Origin: Desulfatiglandales bacterium
Lineage (GTDB): Bacteria > Desulfobacterota > DSM-4660 > Desulfatiglandales > Desulfatiglandaceae
Length of the DNA stretch: 64,000 bases
Direction of reading: 5' to 3'
Assembly: GCA_963662465.1 (NCBI GenBank)
Contig: OY759599.1
Span: 3,584,001 to 3,648,000, forward strand
How positions within the stretch are numbered: the first letter of the stretch is position 1; the number at the start of each line of letters is the position of its first letter. The translations under genes were made by a program, and so were the position numbers. The notes beneath the pieces are model-generated. The model saw nothing but the letters and a program-made list of their open reading frames with translations. It was not told the origin of the DNA and did no database searches. This document shows positions 19,081 through 27,998 of the stretch, one piece after another.

Positions 19081-20878
19081 CAGCAATTCCCGCTTAGATT
19101 CTAAAGGCGCTAGGACAGTACCTTTTGGCATTTCCTTTTCGTAAAGCTTTACGTTGAATGAATAGCCTGAAAAGGCTTTTTTCTCCAATTTTTAAAATAA
19201 AACAGGAATTTTTTTGGCAATTCTCAGAAAAAGCTGGACTTTCAGATCAACTTGGCCGATGATTACTGCCTATGGGAATCAGAAGCCAAAAAGGAAGAAA
19301 AGAGAGAGGCAAGATTGGAGTTCGCAAGCATCTTAATGCAGATGCAATTTTCAAGCGTCTGCATAAAGATTTTTCTGAAGTCTCTGACTGCCGTGAGGAT
19401 CCCGATATTACTATTGCGGATGCCTTGATGTCCGGGTTTGCAATGTTTTCGCTCAAGGAGCCATCGTTGCTTGCCTTTGATGAAAGAAGAAAAACCGATA
19501 GTAATCTTGGGAACATATACCATATTGGAAAGATCCCATGTGACAGTACGATGCGCACCATTCTTGATGAAGTGCTCGCAGAAGAACTTCGGAAACCGTA
19601 TAGGAATATCTTCTGGGAACTGCAAAGGGGAAAGGTGCTTGAACGTATGGTATTTTTCGAAGGTTGTTATCTTCTATCTTTGGATGGAACGGGTTTCTTC
19701 TCATCGAAGAAACTTTCCTCTGATAGTTGTTTGGTAAAAGTATCGAAAAAAACCGGCGAAAAAACCTATTATCAGCAGATGTTGGGGGCAGCAATTGTCC
19801 ATCCGGATTTCAAAGAGGTCATTCCGCTTGCTCCGGAATTCATAGTCAAGCAGGATGGCCAAAGCAAGAACGACTGTGAGCGTAATGCCGCGAAACGTTT
19901 CTTGCAAAAGCTAAAAGAGGAGCATCCCCATCTGCCTATCATTATAACAGAGGACGCGTTAAGTTCGGATGCACCCCACATTGAAGAAATACAAAAGCAA
20001 AATTTTCATTATATTCTGGGAGTTAAAAAAGGAGATCACCATTTCTTGTTTAATCACGTCGAACAAGCGCGGATAAATGGTGACGTCACTGAATTCGAAT
20101 TGGTCGATAAAGAGGATCCGGAAAAAATACATCGTTTCCGATTTATTAACCAGGTACCTCTCAATGCCTCTAACAAGAATATGCTGGTTAACTTTCTGGA
20201 ATATTGGGAAATTACACCGAAAAAAACAAAACATTTTAGTTGGGTGACAGATTTTTTAATAGGAAAGGACAATGCATACCAGCTAATGCGAGGCGGCCGT
20301 GCGAGATGGAAGATCGAAAATGAAACCTTCAATACTCTTAAGAACCAAGGATATCATTTTGAACACAACTACGGGCTCGGCAAGAAGAATCTGAGTGTTG
20401 TTTTTGCGATGCTCATGATGCTGGCATTCTTGGTGGATCAAACTCAACAGCTTTGTTGCCCTCTATTTATAGCCGCATGGCATAAACTCGGCTCAAAAAG
20501 GGAATTGTGGGAACGGATGAGAGCTTTGTTTAGAGATTTTGAATTCAAATCGATGAGGATGCTCTATGAAGCCCTCTATTATGGCGTAAAGTTTCAAGCG
20601 CCAGTTATTCTATATAACAGTGGTTAAATTTGTCATGCCCAAGTTCGCATACAAAAATGCTCTCATTAATAAAAAACTGGAGATTCCGGAAATGGATATC
20701 TCTGCCCTAACTCGTGCTTTTATGCTCTTACTCTTGTCAAAGAAGCTCAACCTGCAAGAAATCGAGGGAGGTAATAGTGGATTTAATACAATTTTTCTGA
20801 AAAGGATCTGATCTCAGGGTTTGTTTTTGAAATATGTTTTTCAAACTCTGTGAGTAAATTCTTGACCGGGAATTGCTG
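19081..20878 (+). mobile_element. Insertion sequence (ISNCY-like), 1798 bp
   Basis: 12-bp perfect terminal IR CAGCAATTCCCG; 9-bp direct repeat TCTTATTGT at 19072-19080 and 20879-20887. Confidence 0.92.
19272..20627 (+). CDS. DDE transposase
   Basis: LSLDGTG, ITEDAL, GRARWKIENETFNTLKNQGY. Confidence 0.92.
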   Translation: MGIRSQKGRKERGKIGVRKHLNADAIFKRLHKDFSEVSDCREDPDITIADALMSGFAMFSLKEPSLLAFDERRKTDSNLGNIYHIGKIPCDSTMRTILDEVLAEELRKPYRNIFWELQRGKVLERMVFFEGCYLLSLDGTGFFSSKKLSSDSCLVKVSKKTGEKTYYQQMLGAAIVHPDFKEVIPLAPEFIVKQDGQSKNDCERNAAKRFLQKLKEEHPHLPIIITEDALSSDAPHIEEIQKQNFHYILGVKKGDHHFLFNHVEQARINGDVTEFELVDKEDPEKIHRFRFINQVPLNASNKNMLVNFLEYWEITPKKTKHFSWVTDFLIGKDNAYQLMRGGRARWKIENETFNTLKNQGYHFEHNYGLGKKNLSVVFAMLMMLAFLVDQTQQLCCPLFIAAWHKLGSKRELWERMRALFRDFEFKSMRMLYEALYYGVKFQAPVILYNSG

Positions 20879-20983
20879 TCTTATTGTTGTTGTTCACGTT
20901 GCCGTTGTTGAAATTGACGTTCCACGCGTTGTTCGAATTGTTGGCGTTGGGACTACTCGACCAGTAAACGGACGAGCGACATT
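20879..20983 (-). ncRNA. DGR template repeat (TR), 3'-truncated
   Basis: 105 nt with 14 AAC/AAT triplets; matches both VRs except at adenines; lies between avd and RT. Confidence 0.96.
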
Positions 20984-21151
20984 GTCCATCCACTTTATGG
21001 CCCGGTAACATCCGGGCCCCACTGCTTTCCGGGACCGTTTAAAACGGCTGCGAAAAGCTGTATGCATCATGCCCCCAAATCGCATGAGGGCGGGACGGAC
21101 GCACCATGAAAAAAGCACGCTTCCTCATCCCGCGGGATGGGAATTCAGGCC

Positions 21152-21544
21152 TTACCGCCGATTGTTCGAACGCTTTACAACCATGCTGCCGGGCTTATTT
21201 CCGCCCGCACTTTTTAACCACCCCTCATTTTGCCGAGACACATTGACCACCTTCTCGGCAAGCTGCAAAAATGTTTTCGGTTTATTGAATGCCTTCACCT
21301 CCCTGGCAATTACCAGGTGGATCTTAATCCTTTCCAGTAATACGCGTAATCTCAAAAGCGCCGGTGTTTTATCTACCAGCGAATTGGCTTCCATAATCAA
21401 GCCCAGCGCATCGTGACACATGCTTCTCAATTCGGTCCCGATGGTGTACTTGTGGTAGCGGGAAAAAAATTTGACCGTATTTTCCACCAGCACCGTCTCT
21501 TCCATCATGGCTTTGAATATGGGGAGATGATCGTAATTCGCCAT
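21152..21544 (-). CDS. avd: Avd-like four-helix-bundle accessory protein
   Basis: 130-aa basic helical protein (HLPIFK...KYTIGTELR...GWLK) immediately upstream of the TR. Confidence 0.85.
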   Translation of the reverse strand: MANYDHLPIFKAMMEETVLVENTVKFFSRYHKYTIGTELRSMCHDALGLIMEANSLVDKTPALLRLRVLLERIKIHLVIAREVKAFNKPKTFLQLAEKVVNVSRQNEGWLKSAGGNKPGSMVVKRSNNRR

Positions 21545-21598
21545 ATAACCCTTTAGCCCGAAACGCTTAAATAACCAAAGAAAAAAATAATCCAATAT

Positions 21599-22171
21599 TC
21601 AAGGTCCGGCGCGCACACAACGAACATAGTAGTGGCTGGCCTTACCGTAGCCGCCCACGCGGCCGTAGCTGAAATGGACGAGCCACGCGTAGTCCGAACC
21701 GTCGGCGAGGGGACTACTCGACCAGTAAACGGACGAGCGACATTCCGGAAAATACGTCGTATCAATGCTGGGATACACCCGCCCAAAATCCACAATAGAC
21801 ATTAGTTCCCGCCGATCCGGCAGGCGCCAGTCCGAGTACCCCCCCGATGGAAAGGTCAGGGCCGCACAATAATCAATGGCCTCCTGCCAGGTGCGGGTGG
21901 TTCCGTCATCGGCTTGCTGCCACATCAACCCGGTGTTCAGGTCGGTCACGGTCCCGTTCCCGTTGTCCCGGTAGGCGGGTTGGGGCCCGTCGTATTGCGC
22001 ATCCTGGCCGTAAAACGGCGCCCCGGACTGGGGACAGGGAATTTCTTTACCCGCATCGTAACATTTGTGAATGCCCGTATCGGGTAATTGGTAGTCCTCG
22101 GCCACCGCACCGCTCCACAGGCCCGCCAGCAACCCCAGCCAACACCCCATCGCCACCACAACCTTTTTCAT
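21599..22171 (-). CDS. Secreted DUF1566/Lcl protein; DGR target 1
   Basis: Signal peptide, LPDTG, YGQDAQY, DNGNGTVTDLNTGLMWQQ, WRLP, C-terminal YVRCVRAGP. Confidence 0.95.
   Translation of the reverse strand: MKKVVVAMGCWLGLLAGLWSGAVAEDYQLPDTGIHKCYDAGKEIPCPQSGAPFYGQDAQYDGPQPAYRDNGNGTVTDLNTGLMWQQADDGTTRTWQEAIDYCAALTFPSGGYSDWRLPDRRELMSIVDFGRVYPSIDTTYFPECRSSVYWSSSPLADGSDYAWLVHFSYGRVGGYGKASHYYVRCVRAGP
21603..21744 (-). repeat. DGR variable region VR of target 1
   Basis: 21640-21744 aligns without gaps to the TR with 22 mismatches, all at TR adenines. Confidence 0.97.
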
Positions 22172-22652
22172 TGCGTACCTCCTGTTTTCTTATTCCACCT
22201 TCCATGGGTACACCTACAACACAAAAATCACGCAGATGCGGCCCGACAAAAAAACATCACCAGCATAACCCCTTCAGACCCACACTGCAACCCACAACGG
22301 ATAATCCCCGATTTTTTCCATAATACCGGCCCGGATGGGGTTGGCAACAATTGTAAGAATTTATATTTAACGGCATTTTTTGAACCGCAGAATATCGAAG
22401 AAGGAATAACGGCAATCGTTCACGGATTTATCGCGTCCTTCGGGATGCCGTTGTGTCGGGGTGGAAGGGGGACGGTTTGCAGTGCCCGTGAGGGCATTGC
22501 CGGGAAAAACGCCTCACGGCGTCACTACGAACGTCGCAACAGGGCTCATTAACCCCATACAAATCACACTTTCGCTGCCGAATAACCTTAGAACAATGAA
22601 CACTGAACCCGTGAAAGGTTACCAATAACCAGTGTCGAAGGAAAACTTCATA

Positions 22653-22701
22653 ATTCGACATTCCTTGTTCGATATTCGATATTCGTTATATTCGATATTC
22701 G
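22653..22701. repeat. Short heptamer tandem repeats (ATTCGAT)
   Basis: ...GTTCGATATTCGATATTCGTTATATTCGATATTCG. Confidence 0.7.
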
Positions 22702-23096
22702 TTTTAAAAATTTCAAATATCTTTGGATAGAACTCCGAAAACCGGAGCGCGCCCTGCCGCAACCGCAGTCACCATGTAGCATCGGCCCGATTCATTCCAC
22801 CGACCGCGCCGAAGGGCGCCGTAGCCGGGGTGGGTATTCGGAAGCGTCTTTTTGCATCATCAATACCATGCTTTCGATAACAGGGGCAATGGCGTTTTTG
22901 AAACAATCGGGTGCAACCCTCAAAATAACCGGCAGGCGCCAATTCGCCGGCAGACTTACGCCCATATTAGCCCCGTTGCAGGTGCGGCTGAAGCCAACAC
23001 CTCTTAAAAGCGGCTAATGTCGGCAACCTTCAGGCGCACAAAAATGCACCCTGAAACATCAATCCCAATGGGTCTCTCGGTAGGTGCGGCTTCCCC

Positions 23097-24056
23097 CTAT
23101 TGCGCCTTGGTCAACCGTTTCTCGTCCGCCCATCGGCGCATTTCGTCCAAACTCTCCGCATCAAGGAACCGCTTCCCCAATTCCTCAATGGCCTCGACAT
23201 TCAAGCCCTCAAACATGGGTTTGGCCGTATCAACGTCAACTCGAAAACGCTTGGCGATCATCTGGCATAAAAGCGACAGGCTTCCCTGCAGCATGCCCTG
23301 CTGCATCCCATCTTCTCTCCCAATTCTCTCGACACTCGTCACGTAAGGCATCTTTTTTCCCTCCTCATACTTTGACAATTCTTTCCAAAACAACCGTTCA
23401 TGAGCTGCTGGAAGAGCCATCAGCCAATCAATGAACCGAAATAATTTGACGATATCCGCGCGGCTGTAACCGGCTGTATAGAGCTCTTTCACCAAAGCAA
23501 ATTTGCGCTTGAAAAGTTCATCAGGGTCCTTCCTGCTTTCCAAAACCGACAAATGGGCGCGAACCACCACAACAAATGGATTCCCTTCGGCATCCGACAA
23601 AAGCTCGGGCTTTGCCTGATAGTCCAGAAGCTTGACAACCGGATAACGAAACCGCATCTCGCAACCCCACAGGCTATAGGAAAACTCCTCGGGACGCCAT
23701 TTCTTCGAATCATCCGCCAGAACCGCAAGGCTTACCACCCGCCGGTGATACCGATCAAAAATTCGGTAATGGTAAACAAACATCCTTTCTTCAAAATCCG
23801 GGTCCACTTGCGCCTGCACCTCGATATGCACCAGTATCCAGGTCTCCCGGCCATCCAATAGCCATACTTTCACCAATTTGTCCACGGTGCGCCTGCCCAC
23901 CTCCGCATCCCGGGTGATCTGCCGAAGTTCCTTCTCCAGAAACGCATAGCCCCTTTCCCAATCAATCTGTTGGTGGGCCTCTGGAAAAAACAGGGACATG
24001 AACGGCTCGAAGTACACCTCCAGGATTTCTTTCCAGGGAGAATCAAAATCAGTCAT
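23097..24056 (-). CDS. Rpn-family protein, copy 2 (319 aa)
   Basis: Near-identical to copy 1; start assigned at MTDFDSPW. Confidence 0.85.
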   Translation of the reverse strand: MTDFDSPWKEILEVYFEPFMSLFFPEAHQQIDWERGYAFLEKELRQITRDAEVGRRTVDKLVKVWLLDGRETWILVHIEVQAQVDPDFEERMFVYHYRIFDRYHRRVVSLAVLADDSKKWRPEEFSYSLWGCEMRFRYPVVKLLDYQAKPELLSDAEGNPFVVVVRAHLSVLESRKDPDELFKRKFALVKELYTAGYSRADIVKLFRFIDWLMALPAAHERLFWKELSKYEEGKKMPYVTSVERIGREDGMQQGMLQGSLSLLCQMIAKRFRVDVDTAKPMFEGLNVEAIEELGKRFLDAESLDEMRRWADEKRLTKAQ

Positions 24057-24145
24057 GTTGAAACACCTCTTAAAAACGGTTAATGTCGGCAACCTTCAGC
24101 TACACAAAAAAGCCCCCTGAAACATCAATCCCAATGGGTCCCTCA

Positions 24146-24220
24146 GTAGGTGCGGCTTCAGCCGCGCAGCCAAACCCTCGGACAGCCTCAATCCCATCGT
24201 GCGGCTAAAGCCGCACCTAC
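24146..24220. repeat. GTAG-type REP doublet
   Basis: GTAGGTGCGGCTTCAGCCGCGCA ... GTGCGGCTAAAGCCGCACCTAC; same family as 11727-11804. Confidence 0.8.
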
Positions 24221-24252
24221 AATCGCACCTACAACCGCATTTGCAGTTTCCC

Positions 24253-25200
24253 CTATTGCGCCTCAGCCAACCGTTTCTCATCCGCCCATCGACGCATTTC
24301 ATCCAGACTCTCCGCATCGAGAAACCTCTCCCCCAATTCCTCTATGGCTTCGGCATTCAAACCCTCGAACATGGGTTTGGCCATATCAGCGCCAACTCGA
24401 AAACGTTTAGCAATCTGCCGGCATAAAAGCGACAGGCTTCCCTGCTGCATCCCATCTTCTCTCCCAATTCTCTCGACACTCGTCACGTAAGGCATCTTTT
24501 TTCCCTCCTCATACTTTGACAATTCTTTCCAAAACAACCGTTCATGAGCTGCTGGAAGAGCCATCAGCCAATCAATGAACCGAAATAATTTGACGATATC
24601 CGCGCGGCTGTAACCGGCTGTATAGAGCTCTTTCACCAAAGCAAATTTGCGCTTGAAAAGTTCATCAGGGTCCTTCCCGCTTTCCAAAACCGACAAATGG
24701 GCGCGAACCACAACAACAAATGGATTCCGACCGGCGTCCGACAAAAGCTCGGGCTTTGCCTGATAATCCAGAAGCTTGACAACCGGGTAACGAAACCGCA
24801 TTTCGCAGCCCCATAGGCTATAGGTGAACTCCTCGGGACGCCATTTCTTCGAATCATCCGCCAGAACCGCAAGGCTTACGACCCGCCGGTGGTACCGATC
24901 AAAAATCCGGTAATGGTAAACAAACATCCTTTCTTCAAAATCCGTGTCCACCTGAGCCTGCACCTCGATATGCACCAGTATCCAGGCCTCCAGACCATCC
25001 AGAAGCCATATTTTCACCAGTTTATCCACAGTGCGCCTGCCCACCTCCGCATCGCGGGTAATCTGCCGAAGTTCCTTCTCCAGAAACGCATAGCCCCTTT
25101 CCCAATCGATCTGTTGGTGGGCCTCTGGGAAAAACAGCGACATGAACGGCTCGAAATAAACTTCCAGGATTTCTTTCCAGGGCGAATCAAAATCAGTCAT
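24253..25200 (-). CDS. Rpn-family protein, copy 3 (315 aa)
   Basis: Near-identical to copy 1. Confidence 0.85.
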   Translation of the reverse strand: MTDFDSPWKEILEVYFEPFMSLFFPEAHQQIDWERGYAFLEKELRQITRDAEVGRRTVDKLVKIWLLDGLEAWILVHIEVQAQVDTDFEERMFVYHYRIFDRYHRRVVSLAVLADDSKKWRPEEFTYSLWGCEMRFRYPVVKLLDYQAKPELLSDAGRNPFVVVVRAHLSVLESGKDPDELFKRKFALVKELYTAGYSRADIVKLFRFIDWLMALPAAHERLFWKELSKYEEGKKMPYVTSVERIGREDGMQQGSLSLLCRQIAKRFRVGADMAKPMFEGLNAEAIEELGERFLDAESLDEMRRWADEKRLAEAQ

Positions 25201-25410
25201 GTTGAAATACCTCTTAAAAGCAGTCCGATTTATTGGGTTACGCTTTTGCATTGCATCTTTTTCAATACTTTACTTTCTATCAGATCATTTTCAAAAGTCA
25301 ATAGGGGCTTTTCATGGGGATATGCTCATTCATAGGGGGCTTTTCGGGGGGTTCTAAATAAAAGACATCATGGCAACATTCCTTTGCTCAGTTGAGGCTG
25401 GCCCCCATCC

Positions 25411-26193
25411 CTAATAACCCCTGTAAACCGGCTTTCTTTTTTCCATAAACGCCCTTGCCCCTTCCTTCATGTCCTCGGTGGCCGTCAGGTTGGCCCAGTA
25501 ATCGCTTTCCAGCGCCAAACCCGAAGGCAGCCCCATATCCTTTGTACGGTTCAGCACTTTTTTGGCGGCAGCCACCCCCAATGGCCCCCGCCGAGCGATC
25601 TTATCCGCCAGGGCCAGGGCCGCATTCATGACCTCTCCTTCGGGGGTCATTTTCTCAACCAGACCCAATCGCAGGGATTCCGGTGCATCGATCATATCAC
25701 CCGAATAGATCAGCTCCTTAACCTTTCCCAGCGGCACATGATAAAGGGCTCTTTTTGTCCCGCCGTTTCCCGGAAAAATCGAGAGCCTGACCTCGGGAAA
25801 ACCCAATCGAGCGCTTTCATCCGCATACCGGATGTCGCAGCAGAGGGCCAATTCAAGACCCGCCCCCAGACAGAATCCATGTATGGCCGCAATGACCGGC
25901 CATTCGAAATTTTCAATCATGCCGTAAATCTCGTGACTCCGTGCAAGGCGACGTTGGGCCGTATCCGGCCTCAATTCCAAAAATGTTTTGATATCGGCCC
26001 CAGCGGCGAAAGCCTTTTCCCCGGCCCCCCGCAGGATCACCGCCCGAATTTCCGCTCTGCGATCATCCAATTCCCGAAACACGTCAGCGAGCGCTTCCTT
26101 GGTGGGCACATCCAGTGCGTTCATGGGGGGATGGTCGATGGTGACAACGGCAGTCAGGTCTTCAATATCGTAGTACGCAAGTCCTCTGCCCAT
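25411..26193 (-). CDS. Enoyl-CoA hydratase/isomerase
   Basis: AFAAGADI, GAGLELALCCD, FPEVRL. Confidence 0.93.
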   Translation of the reverse strand: MGRGLAYYDIEDLTAVVTIDHPPMNALDVPTKEALADVFRELDDRRAEIRAVILRGAGEKAFAAGADIKTFLELRPDTAQRRLARSHEIYGMIENFEWPVIAAIHGFCLGAGLELALCCDIRYADESARLGFPEVRLSIFPGNGGTKRALYHVPLGKVKELIYSGDMIDAPESLRLGLVEKMTPEGEVMNAALALADKIARRGPLGVAAAKKVLNRTKDMGLPSGLALESDYWANLTATEDMKEGARAFMEKRKPVYRGY

Positions 26194-26196
26194 GTT

Positions 26197-27072
26197 TCAT
26201 CCTCCCTGTTTGGTACTGTCTTCCCCATAGCAATACCATCCCCGACCGGTCTTGCGGCCCAACTGCCCCGCCTCCACCTTGCGCCGCAACAGCTGCGGGG
26301 GATAATAACGCATATCCTTGCTGTCTTCATAAATGGCCGTAAGCGCCCCACAAGAAACATCCAGGCCCACCATATCGCCGGTTTCAAAGGGCCCCATTTT
26401 TCTGCCGAAGGCAAGTTTCACCCCTTTGTCGATGTCCTCAACGGTTCCGATACCCTGCTCCAGCAGACGAATGGCCTCCACATAACTGATGAGATTGATA
26501 CGATTGAGCAGAAAACCGGGTACATCGCTTTTTACATGAATGGGCGTTTTACCCAATCGCTTCACAAAGACTGTACCCGTCTCAATAGTGCCATCTGAAG
26601 AACCAATACCCCGGACCACCTCCACCACATGGCTCATGGGGACGGGACTGAAAAAGTGGAGCCCCAACACCCGGTCAGGGTGTTGGGTCACAGATCCGAG
26701 GGACGTAATGGGAATGGCGGAGGTATTACTGGCCAGCACCGCATGGGGCCGACACACTTCATCCAGTTTTCGAAATACTTCCTGCTTTAGTTTTAGGTTC
26801 TCAGGCACCACCTCAATGGCCAGATCCGCATCCGCCCCTCGGGAAAAATCCGTCGTCCCTTCAATCCTGGCAAGGATGGCGTCTTTTGTTTCCGACAGTT
26901 TTCCTTTCTCAATGAATTTTCCCACCGACCAGGCAATGCCTTGAAGCCCCTTGTCTATCACCCCCTGACTCACATCATTCAAAATGACCTGAATGCCCGC
27001 CTGGGCGCATACCTGGGCGATCCCGCTGCCCATCAACCCGGCGCCTACAATGAAGATACGGTTTATTTCCAT
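26197..27072 (-). CDS. 3-hydroxyacyl-CoA dehydrogenase
   Basis: GAGLMGSGIA, ASNTS, GLHFFSP, GRKTGRGWY. Confidence 0.95.
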   Translation of the reverse strand: MEINRIFIVGAGLMGSGIAQVCAQAGIQVILNDVSQGVIDKGLQGIAWSVGKFIEKGKLSETKDAILARIEGTTDFSRGADADLAIEVVPENLKLKQEVFRKLDEVCRPHAVLASNTSAIPITSLGSVTQHPDRVLGLHFFSPVPMSHVVEVVRGIGSSDGTIETGTVFVKRLGKTPIHVKSDVPGFLLNRINLISYVEAIRLLEQGIGTVEDIDKGVKLAFGRKMGPFETGDMVGLDVSCGALTAIYEDSKDMRYYPPQLLRRKVEAGQLGRKTGRGWYCYGEDSTKQGG

Positions 27073-27162
27073 GGCTTATCCGCTCCTTATGTTTGTGTGT
27101 AAGGTCTTTAAAAAGATGAAATAAAAAAAACGTTTCGGATGCTATTCCATTTTTTTAAATGC

Positions 27163-27207
27163 GTCAAACAAATAGTTTGACATTTATATGTCAGTTCATT
27201 ATACATT
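27163..27207. promoter_or_regulatory. Divergent promoter/operator region
   Basis: Overlapping palindromes GTCAAAC-N5-GTTTGAC (27163-27181) and TGACAT-N4-ATGTCA (27178-27193), with TTGACA at 27177. Confidence 0.45.
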
Positions 27208-27259
27208 TGCACAATCAAACTGAAGATGCTCATTTTTCCTCTCAGGAACGGATGCCGCC

Positions 27260-27997
27260 ATGTTTACCAAAATAAAACAGAATCGAATGTCGGAAGATAT
27301 TGTAAACCAGGTGCTGGAAGCGATCTCCCGGGGGGATCTGGCCCCCGACGATAAGCTTCCCTCCGAAAAAGAACTGGGAGATATCTTCGGGGTAAGCCGC
27401 GTTACCATCCGGGAAGCCATCCGATCACTGGAACAGTTCGGCGTCATCGTGGTCCGACAGGGGAGCCGCGGGGGCGCCTACGTCAAAAAGATGGATCAGG
27501 AGGCTGTGGTCAATCAGATCGGCAATGTCTTGAAGATGGCCAACGTAACCTTTCCCCATCTGGCCATGGCCAGGGCCTCCATCGAAAGGGAAATACTCGT
27601 TGAACTGATTCCATCAAAAATAACGCCCGCGGACTGCGACAGACTCACCCAAAACATCGATCTGGCCGAGGCCCATTATCGAGACAGGGAAAGTACGGAA
27701 AGGCTTCACACCAACTTCGGCTTTCACACCACCCTGGCCCGGATTACGGAAAACCCGGTGATTATTCTCATGCACAAGGTCATCGTGGATCTCTCCAGCC
27801 ATTTTTTTGAAAATGTGGAGGCTACCACCCCCATGGTGGAAAAGACCTTTGCCCAGCACCGGGAGATTGTGGAATTGTTAAGAAAGGGGCAATTCCAGGA
27901 AGCGGGAGAGGTCTGTTTTCACCATATCGCGGACGTTAGCAAAACCATCGTGGACAAATCCAAGCAACAATCACTACTGGTCTCAAGGAGAATTTGA
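27260..27997 (+). CDS. GntR/FadR-family regulator
   Basis: LPSEKELGDIFGVSRVTIREA plus FCD domain. Confidence 0.93.
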   Translation: MFTKIKQNRMSEDIVNQVLEAISRGDLAPDDKLPSEKELGDIFGVSRVTIREAIRSLEQFGVIVVRQGSRGGAYVKKMDQEAVVNQIGNVLKMANVTFPHLAMARASIEREILVELIPSKITPADCDRLTQNIDLAEAHYRDRESTERLHTNFGFHTTLARITENPVIILMHKVIVDLSSHFFENVEATTPMVEKTFAQHREIVELLRKGQFQEAGEVCFHHIADVSKTIVDKSKQQSLLVSRRI

Positions 27998-27998
27998 T

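Noticed and set aside
20894..21118. 74-aa ORF over the TR
   Set aside because: Overlaps the template repeat off-frame; better explained as non-coding DGR RNA.
22653..22701. CRISPR array
   Set aside because: 7-nt tandem units with no spacers; no cas genes.
11478..25200. Prophage origin of the DGR island
   Set aside because: No phage structural, terminase or integrase genes in the window.
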